DNA of 64,000 bases, taken from Coniocarpon cinnabarinum (taxonomy: Eukaryota). Under the pieces are notes generated by a model that was given only the letters and a program-made list of their open reading frames with translations, did not search any database and was not told the DNA's origin. Shown in pieces: positions 48,526-60,447 of this stretch. The translations under genes and the position numbers were made by a program. Positions within the stretch are counted from its first letter, which is position 1, and each line of letters starts with the position of its first letter. The stretch lies in assembly GCA_051942205.1 (NCBI GenBank), contig JAVECO010000038.1:1-64000 (forward strand). The letters are read 5' to 3'.

Positions 48526-49130
48526 TCATATCGCTTTGATGCAGTGGGAATCCCATGGACAGCCTTGAGTTCCCTGTGGACATCGCTGGGTATACGGTAT
48601 GTAAAGGCACTCATTGCCACCCCCGTCTGTATTGTCTGCGCGACAAGTGAGTTGTCAGCCAGCCGGCCACATCAAGCTTCGCAAGAAAAAAAAACCAAAA
48701 AAGGGAAAAGAAAAAAACGAGACAAAAAGAGTACCACGGAGAAACGTACAATCAATGGTAGCGACGGGGTCACCAGAGCAGTCTCCACTCGGGTAAAACT
48801 CAATAGTCGGAAGACCAGTCGTGCATGCTTGGCCAAGACTCAGACTATTTGCGTGTCAGTCAGCGATATGGCGCACGGGCTTCAAGGGCGGGCAACGGCC
48901 ACTCACAAGATGTAGCCGGGGTTGTCAACGCCGGTAAAGGAGTGAACTTGTGCACCAGTGGGGTCGAGCTGGATCTTTTGGAGGTCTTGCTGCTGCGTGC
49001 CGTAGAGGCCGCACTTGTCGTCGGCGTAGCTGGAGAGGTAGTATGTCCAGTAGCAGGGGTCGTCGGCGCGAACGAGGGGAATGTGGGAGAGAGCGCTCAG
49101 AAAGAAGGCCAAGGGTAGGTATGAGTGCAT
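48526..49130 (-). CDS. Small secreted cysteine-rich protein B (~142 aa, 8 Cys), effector-like
   Basis: Signal-peptide-like MHSYLPLAFFLSALSHIPLVRA; introns 48906-48845 and 48749-48636; ends ...NECLYIPYTQRCPQGTQGCPWDSHCIKAI. Same intron positions and the same 95-nt middle exon as paralog A. Confidence 0.87.
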
Positions 49131-49212
49131 TGTGGCGGGAGACAGTAGCGGAGAAGAGAGTGAGTCAGACGATGCCTTCGCTGATGCTGAAACTAATGCT
49201 GAAGCCGGGGAG

Positions 49213-49221
49213 TATTATATA
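49213..49221 (-). promoter_or_regulatory. TATA-like box upstream of secreted protein B
   Basis: TATATAATA on the minus strand ~85 nt upstream of the ATG, preceded by a CT-rich tract. Confidence 0.45.
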
Positions 49222-50659
49222 GAGAAGAGTGAAAGTGAGATTCTCGACCACAGACGTGCTCCTCCAGCCCGCGAAGCAGCCAGCATAGTCGCAGTGGATA
49301 TGAGACGGGATCATTTTGCTTGGCCCCGTCGACAACTTCGTCTGTCCCCGCTGCGCCCAAGGAAAGACCATACCATTTTGACAGGGATTCCAGTCCGTGC
49401 GGCTGACGCTTGCATGAAGTCAAAAGCCTTTCGAGACCCAGCTCAAGGCAACAGAGACGGCGCGAAAACACGGAAGAAGGTGGTCGAACTTTGACGCAAA
49501 CATTGTGCGATCTAGTGATACGCGCAAGGCAGCAGCAGCAGAAAATCACCGCCTACCCGTAGCATGCTTTCTCCCTTGCCGCGACGGTAGAGGGAATAGC
49601 TTGTGAGCCCTCTGGCAACTCAGCAGACGTCTAGACATGATCTAAGGCGTTAACGTATGACCACTGACCGATCAGCACGTTTGAAACATTACCAGAGCCG
49701 TATAAGGCCAAGGGGTATTACGTGATATTTTGGCGCCTCGAGCGGGACATGTGTTATCATTGTCAAGGTCGAGGTCGCACCATCCGCACTGGTGTCCCGA
49801 CCCGACGAGCTTGGTTATGCGGGGCCAGGAATAAGTGGCGCCTTGATACCGTCGGCAGAGTTTAGCGTATTTGCTCTGGGCCATTGACGGAGCGTATAAC
49901 GGATCTCTGCTCCCCTTGGCAAACCGGGAAGCCACCTATTTTTATGTTAGTGGTCCGAGCTCTGGCGTACTAGGTTATCTTGCGTAATGTCAATCCGACT
50001 TCGCTCTGGAGCCTAGTGACGGGACTGGAAAGTGGTCTATTGCCTCAGGAGGGATCTAGGACCTGATGATGCAACGCGGCGGAAATAAATCGCCGAATGC
50101 TGAGTGCTCTGTCTTGATGCGAGGCTGTCAGGCTGTTCATTTTCACTTGGTCATGTGACAACTGGACCTGTGATTGAGCAGATCCACCACATGCCACAAT
50201 GTTATGTGTGTACTGCTCCGGGCGAGACCGCAGGACGTTGCTTTACTATTGTCAAGGTCAGGTGGCGCGTTCGAATTTGAGGTGTTGCGACGCCCAGTTG
50301 GGAGGCGGCTACTTCTTGCATGTCGCCGCACCGTGATATGTCTCCGCCACATATCGCCGCAGTATGTCCCTGAACATGTCACCGCTGAACATGTCTCCGT
50401 GCGAGTGTATATATGGTCGCCTCGAGCGCCTCGTCGTCTCGAGGGATAGTAGCCCAGTGACAAGTCATCAACTCCTTGTTTTCGCAGCACGCAACTCAAG
50501 TATCTAATCAGGCCCCCGGCAGTCGGAATTACGGCTGTTGTCAAGAGACTCGATAGAGGCCCAGCGCTCTACAGGCATAGTGTCAGATTTGCTGCACTGC
50601 TGCCATCTCCACCGCGTTCCGATATTGTCAGCGGCAGGATTGCTTTGTCGCAGACAACG

Positions 50660-51592
50660 ATGGCCCCCTCCGCCGCCGGGCAGACTACTGACCCTATGAT
50701 CGTGTCAAATGGTTCGAGAACGACGCACTCCAAACCGGACCCCTGGGCCTCCTGGGCACACCATGAATCCCGTTCCCTTCCCAGTCAAGGCCTAGACCCC
50801 GCCCGCACCTCCGCCGAGCACGTCCTCGCCGCTGCAAACAAGCGTCGTTCTTTCTCAACAGCCACGGAGATCTTGGATCTCGGATGCGGCCCTGCCACCT
50901 GCACAAATCTGCTCTGCGCCAACTACAGCTTCCCAAGTGGAACCGAGATCCTGGCTGGTGACAGCTCACCGACGATGATACAAAAGGTGCAGACCATGCG
51001 TGAGGAGAAAGTGGCCGAGGGTGCGCCTCACTGGGCGGACGTCGACGTGCGCGACCTGGACGCATGCAGCTTGCAACTTAGCCCCGGAAGGTTCAGCCAT
51101 GTCCTTGCGGGCTTTGTTTTCTTTTTGACGCCCGAACCGCCAAAAGCACTAGCCGAGGCATACCGCGTCCTTGCGCCGGGCGGGGTGTTGTGTCTAACGA
51201 GCTGGGAGCGTAATGAGTGGATGGATATGTGGCTTGATGTATGTGGAGCCGTAGATCCCGCCATGCATGACCTCGGAGAAAAGACGCCGGGTAAGCCGTG
51301 GAGGTCAGTGGAGAGCGTTCGCTCATTGCTGGAAGCTGCTGGGTTCGTGGACGTTGAAGGAGTTATGTTCGATTGTGGGATGAGCTACGAAGATCCGGAG
51401 AAGATTTTGCGATTCTTGGGGGATGTGGTGCCAATTTTCAAGGAGTCTTTGGAGAAGACAGGACAGAAAATTGAGGGAGGTCGGGAGGAGTTATTGAGAC
51501 GGATGGTTGCAGTCTTGAAGGAGAGACATGGCGAAAGAGCGGGTGTGATGGGTGGGAGAGCCTTGGTGGTGACGGGTAAGAAACGCGCCTGA
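50660..51592 (+). CDS. Class I SAM-dependent methyltransferase (UbiE/Methyltransf_11/25-like)
   Basis: Motif I ILDLGCGPA, post-I AGDSSPTMI, DACSL..FSHVL, ALAEAYRVLAPGGVLCLTSW; first ATG at 50660. Confidence 0.9.
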   Translation: MAPSAAGQTTDPMIVSNGSRTTHSKPDPWASWAHHESRSLPSQGLDPARTSAEHVLAAANKRRSFSTATEILDLGCGPATCTNLLCANYSFPSGTEILAGDSSPTMIQKVQTMREEKVAEGAPHWADVDVRDLDACSLQLSPGRFSHVLAGFVFFLTPEPPKALAEAYRVLAPGGVLCLTSWERNEWMDMWLDVCGAVDPAMHDLGEKTPGKPWRSVESVRSLLEAAGFVDVEGVMFDCGMSYEDPEKILRFLGDVVPIFKESLEKTGQKIEGGREELLRRMVAVLKERHGERAGVMGGRALVVTGKKRA

Positions 51593-51990
51593 GGCTGAGG
51601 TGCCTTGAATCGTAACATTGGACTGTACCAGACTCTCGTCAACTAATCGTATGGTTTGTCCGGTTTAGACTGTATCTTCGGATGTGTTGTAAGACATGTC
51701 CGCGGCTATGTCACCACGATCCCCTTCTTGTCGTTCATGCTGCGAGAAATTGAATCAACTACACTGCCCTCGAGTTCAGAATTTTTGGCACCAACATATG
51801 ACAGCGATTTCGCCTGAACCAGACGCAAAATGCTTCCCGTGACATGGCCACGATACAACGCTATCATGAGCTCAGGAAGCTCGGAGCCGAGGAGGGACGG
51901 TCCTGAGGCACTCTGATATGAACCTCGATTTGGTCAGACGACCTGGTTCCTATTCAGCCTTGTTCATTGGTGTGATAAACATTGGCGCTC

Positions 51991-53021
51991 TCACCTTTTA
52001 CTGCTGTGCTTGGGGCCGTATTGCAACGTATGGTGTCCAGCATCTCGCTGCATGTGAGCGTATCTGCGCACCGCACCTACAAACAGCACGCCTAGCTCAT
52101 GCTAGTATTAGCAGATTGAGATCGAGCTCGTAAAGTGTTGATACCTACTTCCAATCAGATTACCTATCGCAACGGGAAAGAGACTTGTTAAAAGAGATAT
52201 TCGGGGATTCATGCGCTGTGCCCCTAGCCAGTCGGCTGACCACGTCAGCTTGCGATGGATGGCAATATTTTGCTGCGCTTCCCTTACCTAACAAGGCGAC
52301 AAACAAATCGACTACAGCGTGATCCATTTCCAACATGGACAGTACAACGACCGTCCCGCCAACGGTCACTGACGTCTCCAGCACAGTCGATGTCGAAGCA
52401 GCTTGCAATCCACCCAAGCCAAGTAACACGCCTCCGCCAACCCCACGCATGAAGCGCTGGAGCAATGTTGGATCAACCTGCACAGAAGTGAGAAAGGGAT
52501 GCAATATGTCAAAAACAAGATTTTGACGTCACACTTACAACGACGCTGTTCAGCATTTCAATGACCACTAAGCGTCCTCGCCCCTGAAAGGTGCCACAAG
52601 AAGCGAGCAAGACCACCGCCTGAACTGCGCCTATTACATTCCCCGCCAAAACCGTGAGCGTTGCCTGACTCCAAGACTGCCATCCCACGCTGCCTGAAGT
52701 GGCTGCGATGCCCGTGCTGGATGATGCTGTGATGTACTCTGTCATGCCAAGTCGATGCGCGAGTACAAAACCCCATGGGAGTGCGAGGCTAGTAAGCAGC
52801 CGCAAAAGGCCCGGCGTGTATGCGGCGAGATCAGGAGAATTGTGCACAACTAGCATGACTCCCGTGCTTAGAGCAATCAGGAACCCACTAAAGACCGATG
52901 ATAACAGTAGTGTCGGCCATGGCAGGTGGGCGATATTGGCACCCGAGACTACAAGTGTGTCGAGTGCTCCTTGGAGACCAGCGCCAGGTCGAGTGGACAT
53001 GTCACTTCTTACTCGAGACAT
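51991..53021 (-). CDS. Divergent formate-nitrite transporter (FNT) family channel, 4 exons, ~286 aa
   Basis: Introns 52538-52478, 52287-52236 and 52148-52092 give one frame with ~6 hydrophobic helices and FNT landmarks in the expected order (PGLLRLL..LPWGF, EYIT, AGNVIG, FMRGVG, MDHAVV, PVAIGNLIGSVLFVG). Confidence 0.72.
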
Positions 53022-53761
53022 ATGTTGGCGAAAGGTCGGAGCGCATATGGCGGCGCATTGCTGAAGCGGGCTGGCCGAAAGTGAACGAGGATGCAAAGGT
53101 TTGGAAATGGTTACACGGCACTTTGTTTACTGGAGGTGTTTAGCCGTGAGCGCGTTTTGAGCTTCCCGGCCGGCCTCGCATGGCGGGAATGCGACGTCAC
53201 TGGACCATTGGACCACTCCATAGAGCTGCTACGAAGCCAAGGACGATCAGCTTCACGACATTGTCGAGCTCTAGATGGTTTCGTGAGTCTATACTGCGCT
53301 ATCAGAAGTGGTACGAATACCATGAACTGTTCCATGTCGTTGGCGCCATTAAAAACAAAATGAGGGCGCTAGGGCACTAGATCAGCTTCAGTAAGCGTGA
53401 AAGGTAAGCACGTGATCCTGTGGCTAGCGCCATACGAACGAGAGGTAAATACACAAATCGTTCTCGTCAAGTACACTAGAAGGGCCAGGTCTGGTCCAAA
53501 ATGTGGGTGCATTCAGGCAGAAATGGGGCGTGAACGACCACCTCAAGCAGTTGAAGCCCTGAGTACTACAATGATGGCGAAGACGGCCATGTAGACATTA
53601 CGATCGCATTTAGGCGAAAAAAAGAAATACAGGAGAGCAGCATGCTCATACGAAATCATCCGAAATTTCATGACTGTCGTCATGAAACCATCCACCATCA
53701 TCGTTGAACCGCTCACCACACCTCCAAACCGTACCTTGGATACCTTCATCTCATTATGGTC

Positions 53762-55050
53762 CTAATTCTGCTGGGTTGTTGATGTCTGTAGAGTCTGCGA
53801 TGTTTGTTTCTGCGTGTCTTGATTCTGACCCGTTGTGGAGTCGTCTTGTCCACTCGAGCCAGTGACGGCTTGGGCAGCTTGAGTAACTGGTGTAAGGGCA
53901 GAGTTGGCGCTAGCCGATCCGTCCGGGCCAGACTGATTGTTGGTAGACATTTCGCCGCAAGGAGCACCAGACTTCAGGATAGAGACTAGATTCTGTGCAT
54001 AGGTGCAGCCACCTGTTTGGTCTGCGTCGGAATATCCTGCCGAGTAGGTCATGAAGCCGCCGAAGAAATCCCGATCCGAGTACGTCTTGTACAGTTGAGC
54101 AGCTTGCTCAGGAGTGATGTGGAAGTTGTCCGTAACACCCTTTGCAACGAGTCCAATGCTCAAAGTAGCGGTCTGCGAAGCGCCCAAGTTTGCATGTATT
54201 TCGTCAAAAAGAATGGGCTACTCGAGCGTTAGCAAGTGATAGACAAAGGAACTGACTACCGCGATGAACATACATGGTCACCAGTGACCTCTGAGGCTGC
54301 AGAGTTGGGGTTGTTGTAAAATTGAACGTTGATCGCATCGAATGCAACAGCTTGTAAGGTGTCGATAATGTTCGCATCAGCATTGGTTGCACACTGTGGA
54401 GATGCGCTGAATTTGAGGGAGCTGTCGAGCCCCTTGAGTGTATTAACTGTGTATTGATAATATTTGTCGCCCGTCAAGCCATTGGGGCTGCCCTCGGGAT
54501 CAAAGTCGAAGCCATCGACTTTGATACCACTGCCCCAAACAGCGTTGGGACCCGCGAAAAGGTCGTAGAGCTGCTGACCGAAGTCGTTGGCTTGATCTTC
54601 GCTGGTGAGCGTGTACCCTTGTGGCGTGGTGGGCGCATTTTGCCCCCAGCCTCCTACAGACACGTATATCTTGATGCCTTGACTCTGACATTGCTGTATC
54701 TCGCTACCCAAAGATTCGCAATCGTTGCCGACACTATTCGCGACATGGCACTGTTTGCCAAAGGTGGCATTCAGTTGTGGATCATGTCCAAACGTGTTGA
54801 CAAAGCCAAGGTTGATGATGTTTGCAGTATCAGGTTTGCAGTACGCCGACAGGTCTTGGTAAGGCACTGGATCCGCTCCCCAATATCTAACGCCAGTGTC
54901 AATTTGTGCATAACGAAGTGCCACGGGAGCTAACGCTGATACTTACAAGACATTGGTCTTGCTAGATTGGCGCTTCGCTACTGGAGCGGCGCTTGAAATG
55001 GTAGTGAAGACCGCCGCAGCACAAGCCACGTACTGGAAAAAAGAGTGCAT
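53762..55050 (-). CDS. Secreted GH18 chitinase (class III / subgroup B, CTS1-like) with S/T/Q-rich tail
   Basis: Signal peptide MHSFFQYVACAAAVFTTISSA; YWG, KIYVSVGG, intact catalytic DGFDFDPE, SASPQC, NVQFYNN; introns 54946-54887 and 54273-54218. Confidence 0.92.
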
Positions 55051-58000
55051 GCTGAGAATATTGAAAGGGAAAGCAATGACAACACGGCAGACTGCGTTTA
55101 GTATTTCCCGCTTTCAAGAATGAGAGACTCTAAGCACCTATCAAAGGCAATATGACAAGGATATCGTAGAGAAAGTGACGACGACGCTGCGGACTTGATC
55201 CGCAGAGACTTCCAAAGAATGACTGAAAATGTACTAGTAAACGATCGAATGAAGAAGAGAACAAGTATGGTTGCTGGTGTCAAAGAGTTGTAGGAAATTC
55301 AGGCAAAGGAAAGCAGGATTACGGAGTAGACACTGTTGCAGGAGCATTTTACACTGTATTTATCAATGCCCATTGCCACCAAGGGGCGAGCGGCATGGTT
55401 CCAGAGCAGATCTTGGCCTAGGATAGACTCCCGCTGTCAAGTGTAAAAATAAAGTAGCAGGCACTGATAGGCATAAGCTTAGGGAGACGTTGATGTTCAC
55501 TGCACAGAGCCATAGCACTCGTGGATCAGCGGCCAAGAATGGACTGGCACCTGTACAGATAAGCGCTAAGGACTGAGCATCTTACCTCATATGCTCTGAG
55601 AACGGCATCAGAAACATGCGTGTTTCAGGACACGAAATGATTACCAGCTGCGCGGTATGGAGAACACACGCCCCAGATGGTGTGGCCAACGAGTACCAGC
55701 CAAGCTGGGATAGCATGGCCGCCCAAAGGTCGCGAACACCTGAGAAGCGCCAGCTAACCGTAGCAATTCTGCCCGTCTGGTGACGACCGACGCCCATCAA
55801 GGGGCACCGGTCGAGGCAAAATGGTGCGAGTGAGCATAACAGGAGATGAGGGTGGAGGCATGCGGGCGCAAGAGCGGGCCATCGAGCGATACTCTGTCCA
55901 GGGACGAACTGACGCGATGCCAAGTCCATGTGGTGAGACGATGCGGTGCGAAATTCTGAAAGAATATGCTTGCGCGACGTGGCGAGAAAAGACATCGCGT
56001 GCACAGATCAGCACATGCTTGGTGCTAGATCGCCTTGTGCCGAATGTGATGCTGCATTTCAGGGCCTTCCAGGTGTGTCTGGACGCTCGGTGGACTTATG
56101 CATACCACGCGTGCATTTCGACCAAAGATTAGACATTCGGAGAGAAGTTAGGAAGTGTTAGATAGCTTGGAGACAGCGAGGCGAGCAGACACGGCTGAGC
56201 GACGTGATGGTGCCGCGGTGCCGCGGTGAGCAGCAAGCGGCGCTCGAGCGGTCGGGCCGTATGAGAGGTGCCGCACAAGATCGTCGCTCGTACTGGAGGA
56301 AGCGAGCATTCCAAGATGCTCGTGATTTCGGTTGGCAACGTGGCTTCCAGTCTATCCTCACCTCGAGGCGCAAGAGGCGCATAGGGCGTTTCCAAACACC
56401 GAAGATTTTTTGCCATGTCAAGAAGTTGGTGATCATTGACTGTACCAAGGGTTTCGTATGTGGCTACGAGGTTCGAGGGATCCCTTGTGCCATTTCTTCA
56501 GCATTCCTTGGCTGTTCTGACGCGGCACACGTACAGCATCACTCCACAAGGTTCGCGCAACCGGAGACGCTTGTCAACTGCAAAATCAAATTGTCAGGGG
56601 CACTTCTCGTCCCTTGCCAGTGCGTGGATTATTTCGATAGGTCGTCGACGAAGTCTACTCCTCGTGTTAGTCTCGCCCAGCTGCTGACGCGGGACGGTGC
56701 GACGAACAACGTTGAGTACTTTCCGCTGGCTAGATGGCTAGAGTGGCCTGGCGTTCAGGAGAAATCATCCACTGATGGTAACAACGGGCATCGGCCACGC
56801 CATCCATCCTCTCTTACTTGCTCTGGATATGGGTCACCAACCACGCGGCTTGACCACTGCCTGCGGCCGAGATCATGGAATCGTCGTCGCAGAGAGTGAG
56901 GGGGTGCCGATCAAGACTCTTCGTGTTCTGAAAATAGCATCATCACCATGGCCGCTAGCCAGGACCTCCCTCACTCTGAGCCCATCCCTCGTGACATTGA
57001 TCACCCTCGAAGAACTATTGGCAGAATGTTAGTCGGCATCTTTTGGTGGAAGAATTCATCAACGATCGACACTTAATTGATGTTCCCTTGTGCTTACCCT
57101 AAGACTCCTGTAAGTATTGTAAGTTTTCGAGGACCTTGTGGGCTATTAGTCTAAGTCTTGGACACCTTTTTTTCTTTTTTTCAAATGATGAGTGCGGGCC
57201 GAAAGTGGTGATCAAACGCCGAAGAGTCGTGTCACAAACTTCCGATTCACTGAGCAAAGTGTGCCGGTGGACTTCGGTACGCCACTTTGCAAGTCCCTGC
57301 GTGGACTAGTACGGTTGTCAGCCACGGGCGTGTTGTCTTATTCAATCCCCAATGTAAAGAAAGACTCAAGACTGCACCATGCTATGCAGAGACTTTGTCG
57401 CAGCGACTGATTGTCTCAAAGAATATGACTGAAAAGGCGATGTATTACTGCTACCTCCTGGAACCCTACGATCGTTACCGGTGGTTGCTTGCTCCAGTCA
57501 CAAGAGGTCATGGTGTCGATGCCAGCGTGGGTTATCGTCAATGCATCGGGTAACTGACAACGAGATCGTTACGACACTTTACCGTTGCTTCCACGTGAAC
57601 CTCGTGTGAAAGTACTTACCGCACCGAAACTCAGCGCCTTAACAGGTCATTGGGGCCTTTGCCATCATAGCCATAGCCATGTGACCGAGGACCTGCTTGT
57701 CGTAAAGGCCCGCAGCCTAGGCCTAAAATCTAGCAATGACTCTTGTCGTCGACGCTGGTTACACTCCTCCCACGTACGCTCCATTGAGCATCTCGAACAT
57801 TATGCCAAAAAGGCAGGCTTCATCCGCTCTATAGCTTGAGCAAGCTTTCGCGTATGAATCTCATGCTCGTCACTGGTTGAGACCGCACCACGAAAAACGT
57901 GCGGGTATTTGACAGGCCTGGAAAATGATGTGGACAAGACGCGTCTATTTAATATGCATCATTTAGAAGACGTCAGCCTAGTGCGTATCTCGCCTTTTTG

Positions 58001-59024
58001 ACCTTTCTGGGAGACTGTGCCGTTCCTGAGACAGCGACTTCGTCGCCTAGTCTCTTGTTTCTCACGATCCCAATCTTCTCATCAAGCTTTTGAGCCCGCG
58101 AGAGCCGAATCCCCTTTCTGTAGCTTGCTCTGCACTCCTATGTCTCGGGATTCCGAACTCGCTTGTAGCTTCTTTCCCCTTTCCTTAACTCAATCTCTAT
58201 TGCTACCGACTCGTTCATTGTGAGGGCAGAGGGAGATCGTTACTGACCGTCAGCGCTCACAGTCATACTGATCCTGAGTGGAGTCCGAAACGAGTACAAG
58301 AGGACGTACTGTGCTTTGAGTTGTCAATAAAGAATTCTATGGCAAATTTATAAACTGATACCAGCTGTCAACGCGCTGGCTCTATCGCCAGGCTTAGTAT
58401 GAATTATATGATTCACTCTCCCTCTGCGTGGCATCCGGCATGATACGTGGAACGGGAGCAGCAGTTTCGAATGCGCGACTAGCGATCCGTGGCGATTCCC
58501 ATCAGCTGACAGGACTGCTAACGTTCATCGCCCCAACATTGTGCCAGTATGGCTTATCAGTGACGACGAGTCTTGCGCGCGCCCAGCAGCTGAGACAACC
58601 GATACGCATTGGAACTACGCACGTAAGAACATGAGTGCTTGCGCGGCTCACGCTGCTGACTCACAAGTCCAACTTTTGCGAGCATTTAGCCTGAGGCATG
58701 CTGCCGCAACAGGTCACTTCGGATATGCAGCATCCATGGAGCAGATGCTGCGGCGAGTTTTCAGTGGGCGCACCAACGTTTTACGTCGTGTGCTCGTGAG
58801 TCGTGTTCCAGTAGGATTGATGCGTTCGGAAGGCATTTCTAGCTGCTGCGGTAGTGACATGGACAACATGCACGTATTTCGAGAAGTCTTTAAATCTACG
58901 ATACTGTGGACCAAATCACCTAGAGATTGGTCAATGGCACACATCAAAGGATCGGTTGTACAGTCAGACGTATGACATGGCCTCTATGGGTCATCAAAAG
59001 AGCCCAGACGGTCATGTTTCCTCC

Positions 59025-60167
59025 TTAGACAGCCCATATTGCAACTCTCCCGTCCACGCCACTTGTGCTGACTTTTCGAACGTTGCCGGTGCCCTCGTAC
59101 ACCCGTATTGTATCAATGGTATTCTGGTGCACAGTCTTCAACTTCGTATCGTCAGACGCCGATTTTCCTTTCAAATCCATCTGCCTAAATAAGTTTCGGG
59201 CAGATTCTTCCTGCACTTCCGATCCTGCGGAGCCTTTCTTGCCTTCCAGTGAGCCAACTAGAGACCAGCCCTGTTCATCACCCTGTAGGCGAAACACCTC
59301 GCAGTCATAGCCTGCCGCGATGAGCTCATTGGATTTGCTCCAAAGGAGGCCAGCCAAAGGGAGACATTGCAGTTGAACACTGACTACGGCCTTTGGAGGA
59401 GCCTCGGGCGCGCTCGGATAGACGACTGTAACACTAGCATCGTGAGAAGCAAAAGCGACTGCATTTCCGTCTGGGCTAAAGGCGACGTCGTGGACCCATC
59501 CGGCTGTATTGTTCAAGTACTCGCCGCAGATGGTATTGAACGGAAGTCGCTCACCCCACGAGCTAGGCTCAGGTCTCTCATCCACGCCCTTGATGAAGCT
59601 GCTCAATACACGCGCATGGCCATCTGTAGAGCCAGCAGCAAGCAGTACTGAGTTAGGGTGCCAATCCAAACAAGTCACTGTGGACCGAATAGGTTTCTTG
59701 AGGTGCTTCGATACCCACCAGTCGTTTTCAGATTCGAAATAACAAACACTCACTAACCGCGCTCCAGACCCCACAGCAAATTTGGTTTCTGAAGGAGACC
59801 ATCTTACGCACGTGGCTGCACGATTGATTCGTAGAAGCACGAGAGTCGGCTTGAAAACACCAGATGTAGACTCCCAAACGTACGCGTTTCGGTCTAGATA
59901 GTAATAAACATAGAAAACTCATACCACAAACGATGCTAGCTTACCTTGCGAGCAAGTCACTATCTTCCCGCTTCTAGGAGCAATGTCGATTCCTGTAATG
60001 CGCTTGTCATGTCCCTTGAGTTCGTCGGTAAACGTAAAGTTTGAGCCTTGTCGACTGTACAGCTGAATGACGTTGTCGCGCGCCACGGCCAGTGTGCTGC
60101 GATCCGCTGAGAAAGAGTGGTCAGAAATTGGACCATGGATAAGATGATGGACTTCTGGGTGTGCCAT
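59025..60167 (-). CDS. ARC40: Arp2/3 complex subunit 1 (ARPC1/Arc40/Sop2), WD40 repeats
   Basis: MAHPEVHHL..DELKGHDK..IVTCSQ|DRNAYVW..PTLVLLRINRAAT..KFAVGSG..ENDWWVSKHLKKPIRST; intron 59944-59894. Confidence 0.96.
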
Positions 60168-60447
60168 TTTCAGCAATAGGAGTAACTCTCTACTATTGCC
60201 TTTCCCAAAGTCTGCTACAGATAAGCAAAAAAAATATAGTTGTGTCGTGCTTCTTGCACTAATATGTGATGCCTGGCCAGGCGAATGCGATGTGCCAGGT
60301 CTTCGAATCGTGACACTAAACTGACATCGAAGCACTGATATTGCTTGAGCTTTACCACCTGATGTCGTGACTCTTGTTAGGTCTTTCTCAAGCTCCTTCA
60401 CACACTTCAGAGCATCAATGTAAAGCGTCTCTTGCACAATATTCAAC

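Noticed and set aside
43929..55050. All three secreted proteins in the island begin with M-H-S
   Set aside because: Two are paralogs, and MHS is an unremarkable start for fungal signal peptides.
57185..57253. Box C (ATGATGA) / box D (CTGA) snoRNA-like segment
   Set aside because: Only ~9 nt of complementarity to a recalled 18S rRNA stretch, not adjacent to box D, and no terminal stem; likely chance.
55582..58975. ORFs 56204-56899 (231 aa) and 58541-58975, and an intron-like segment near 57015-57097 on the minus strand
   Set aside because: Arg/Cys/Ser-rich random-looking composition, near-cognate starts and no coherent spliced product.
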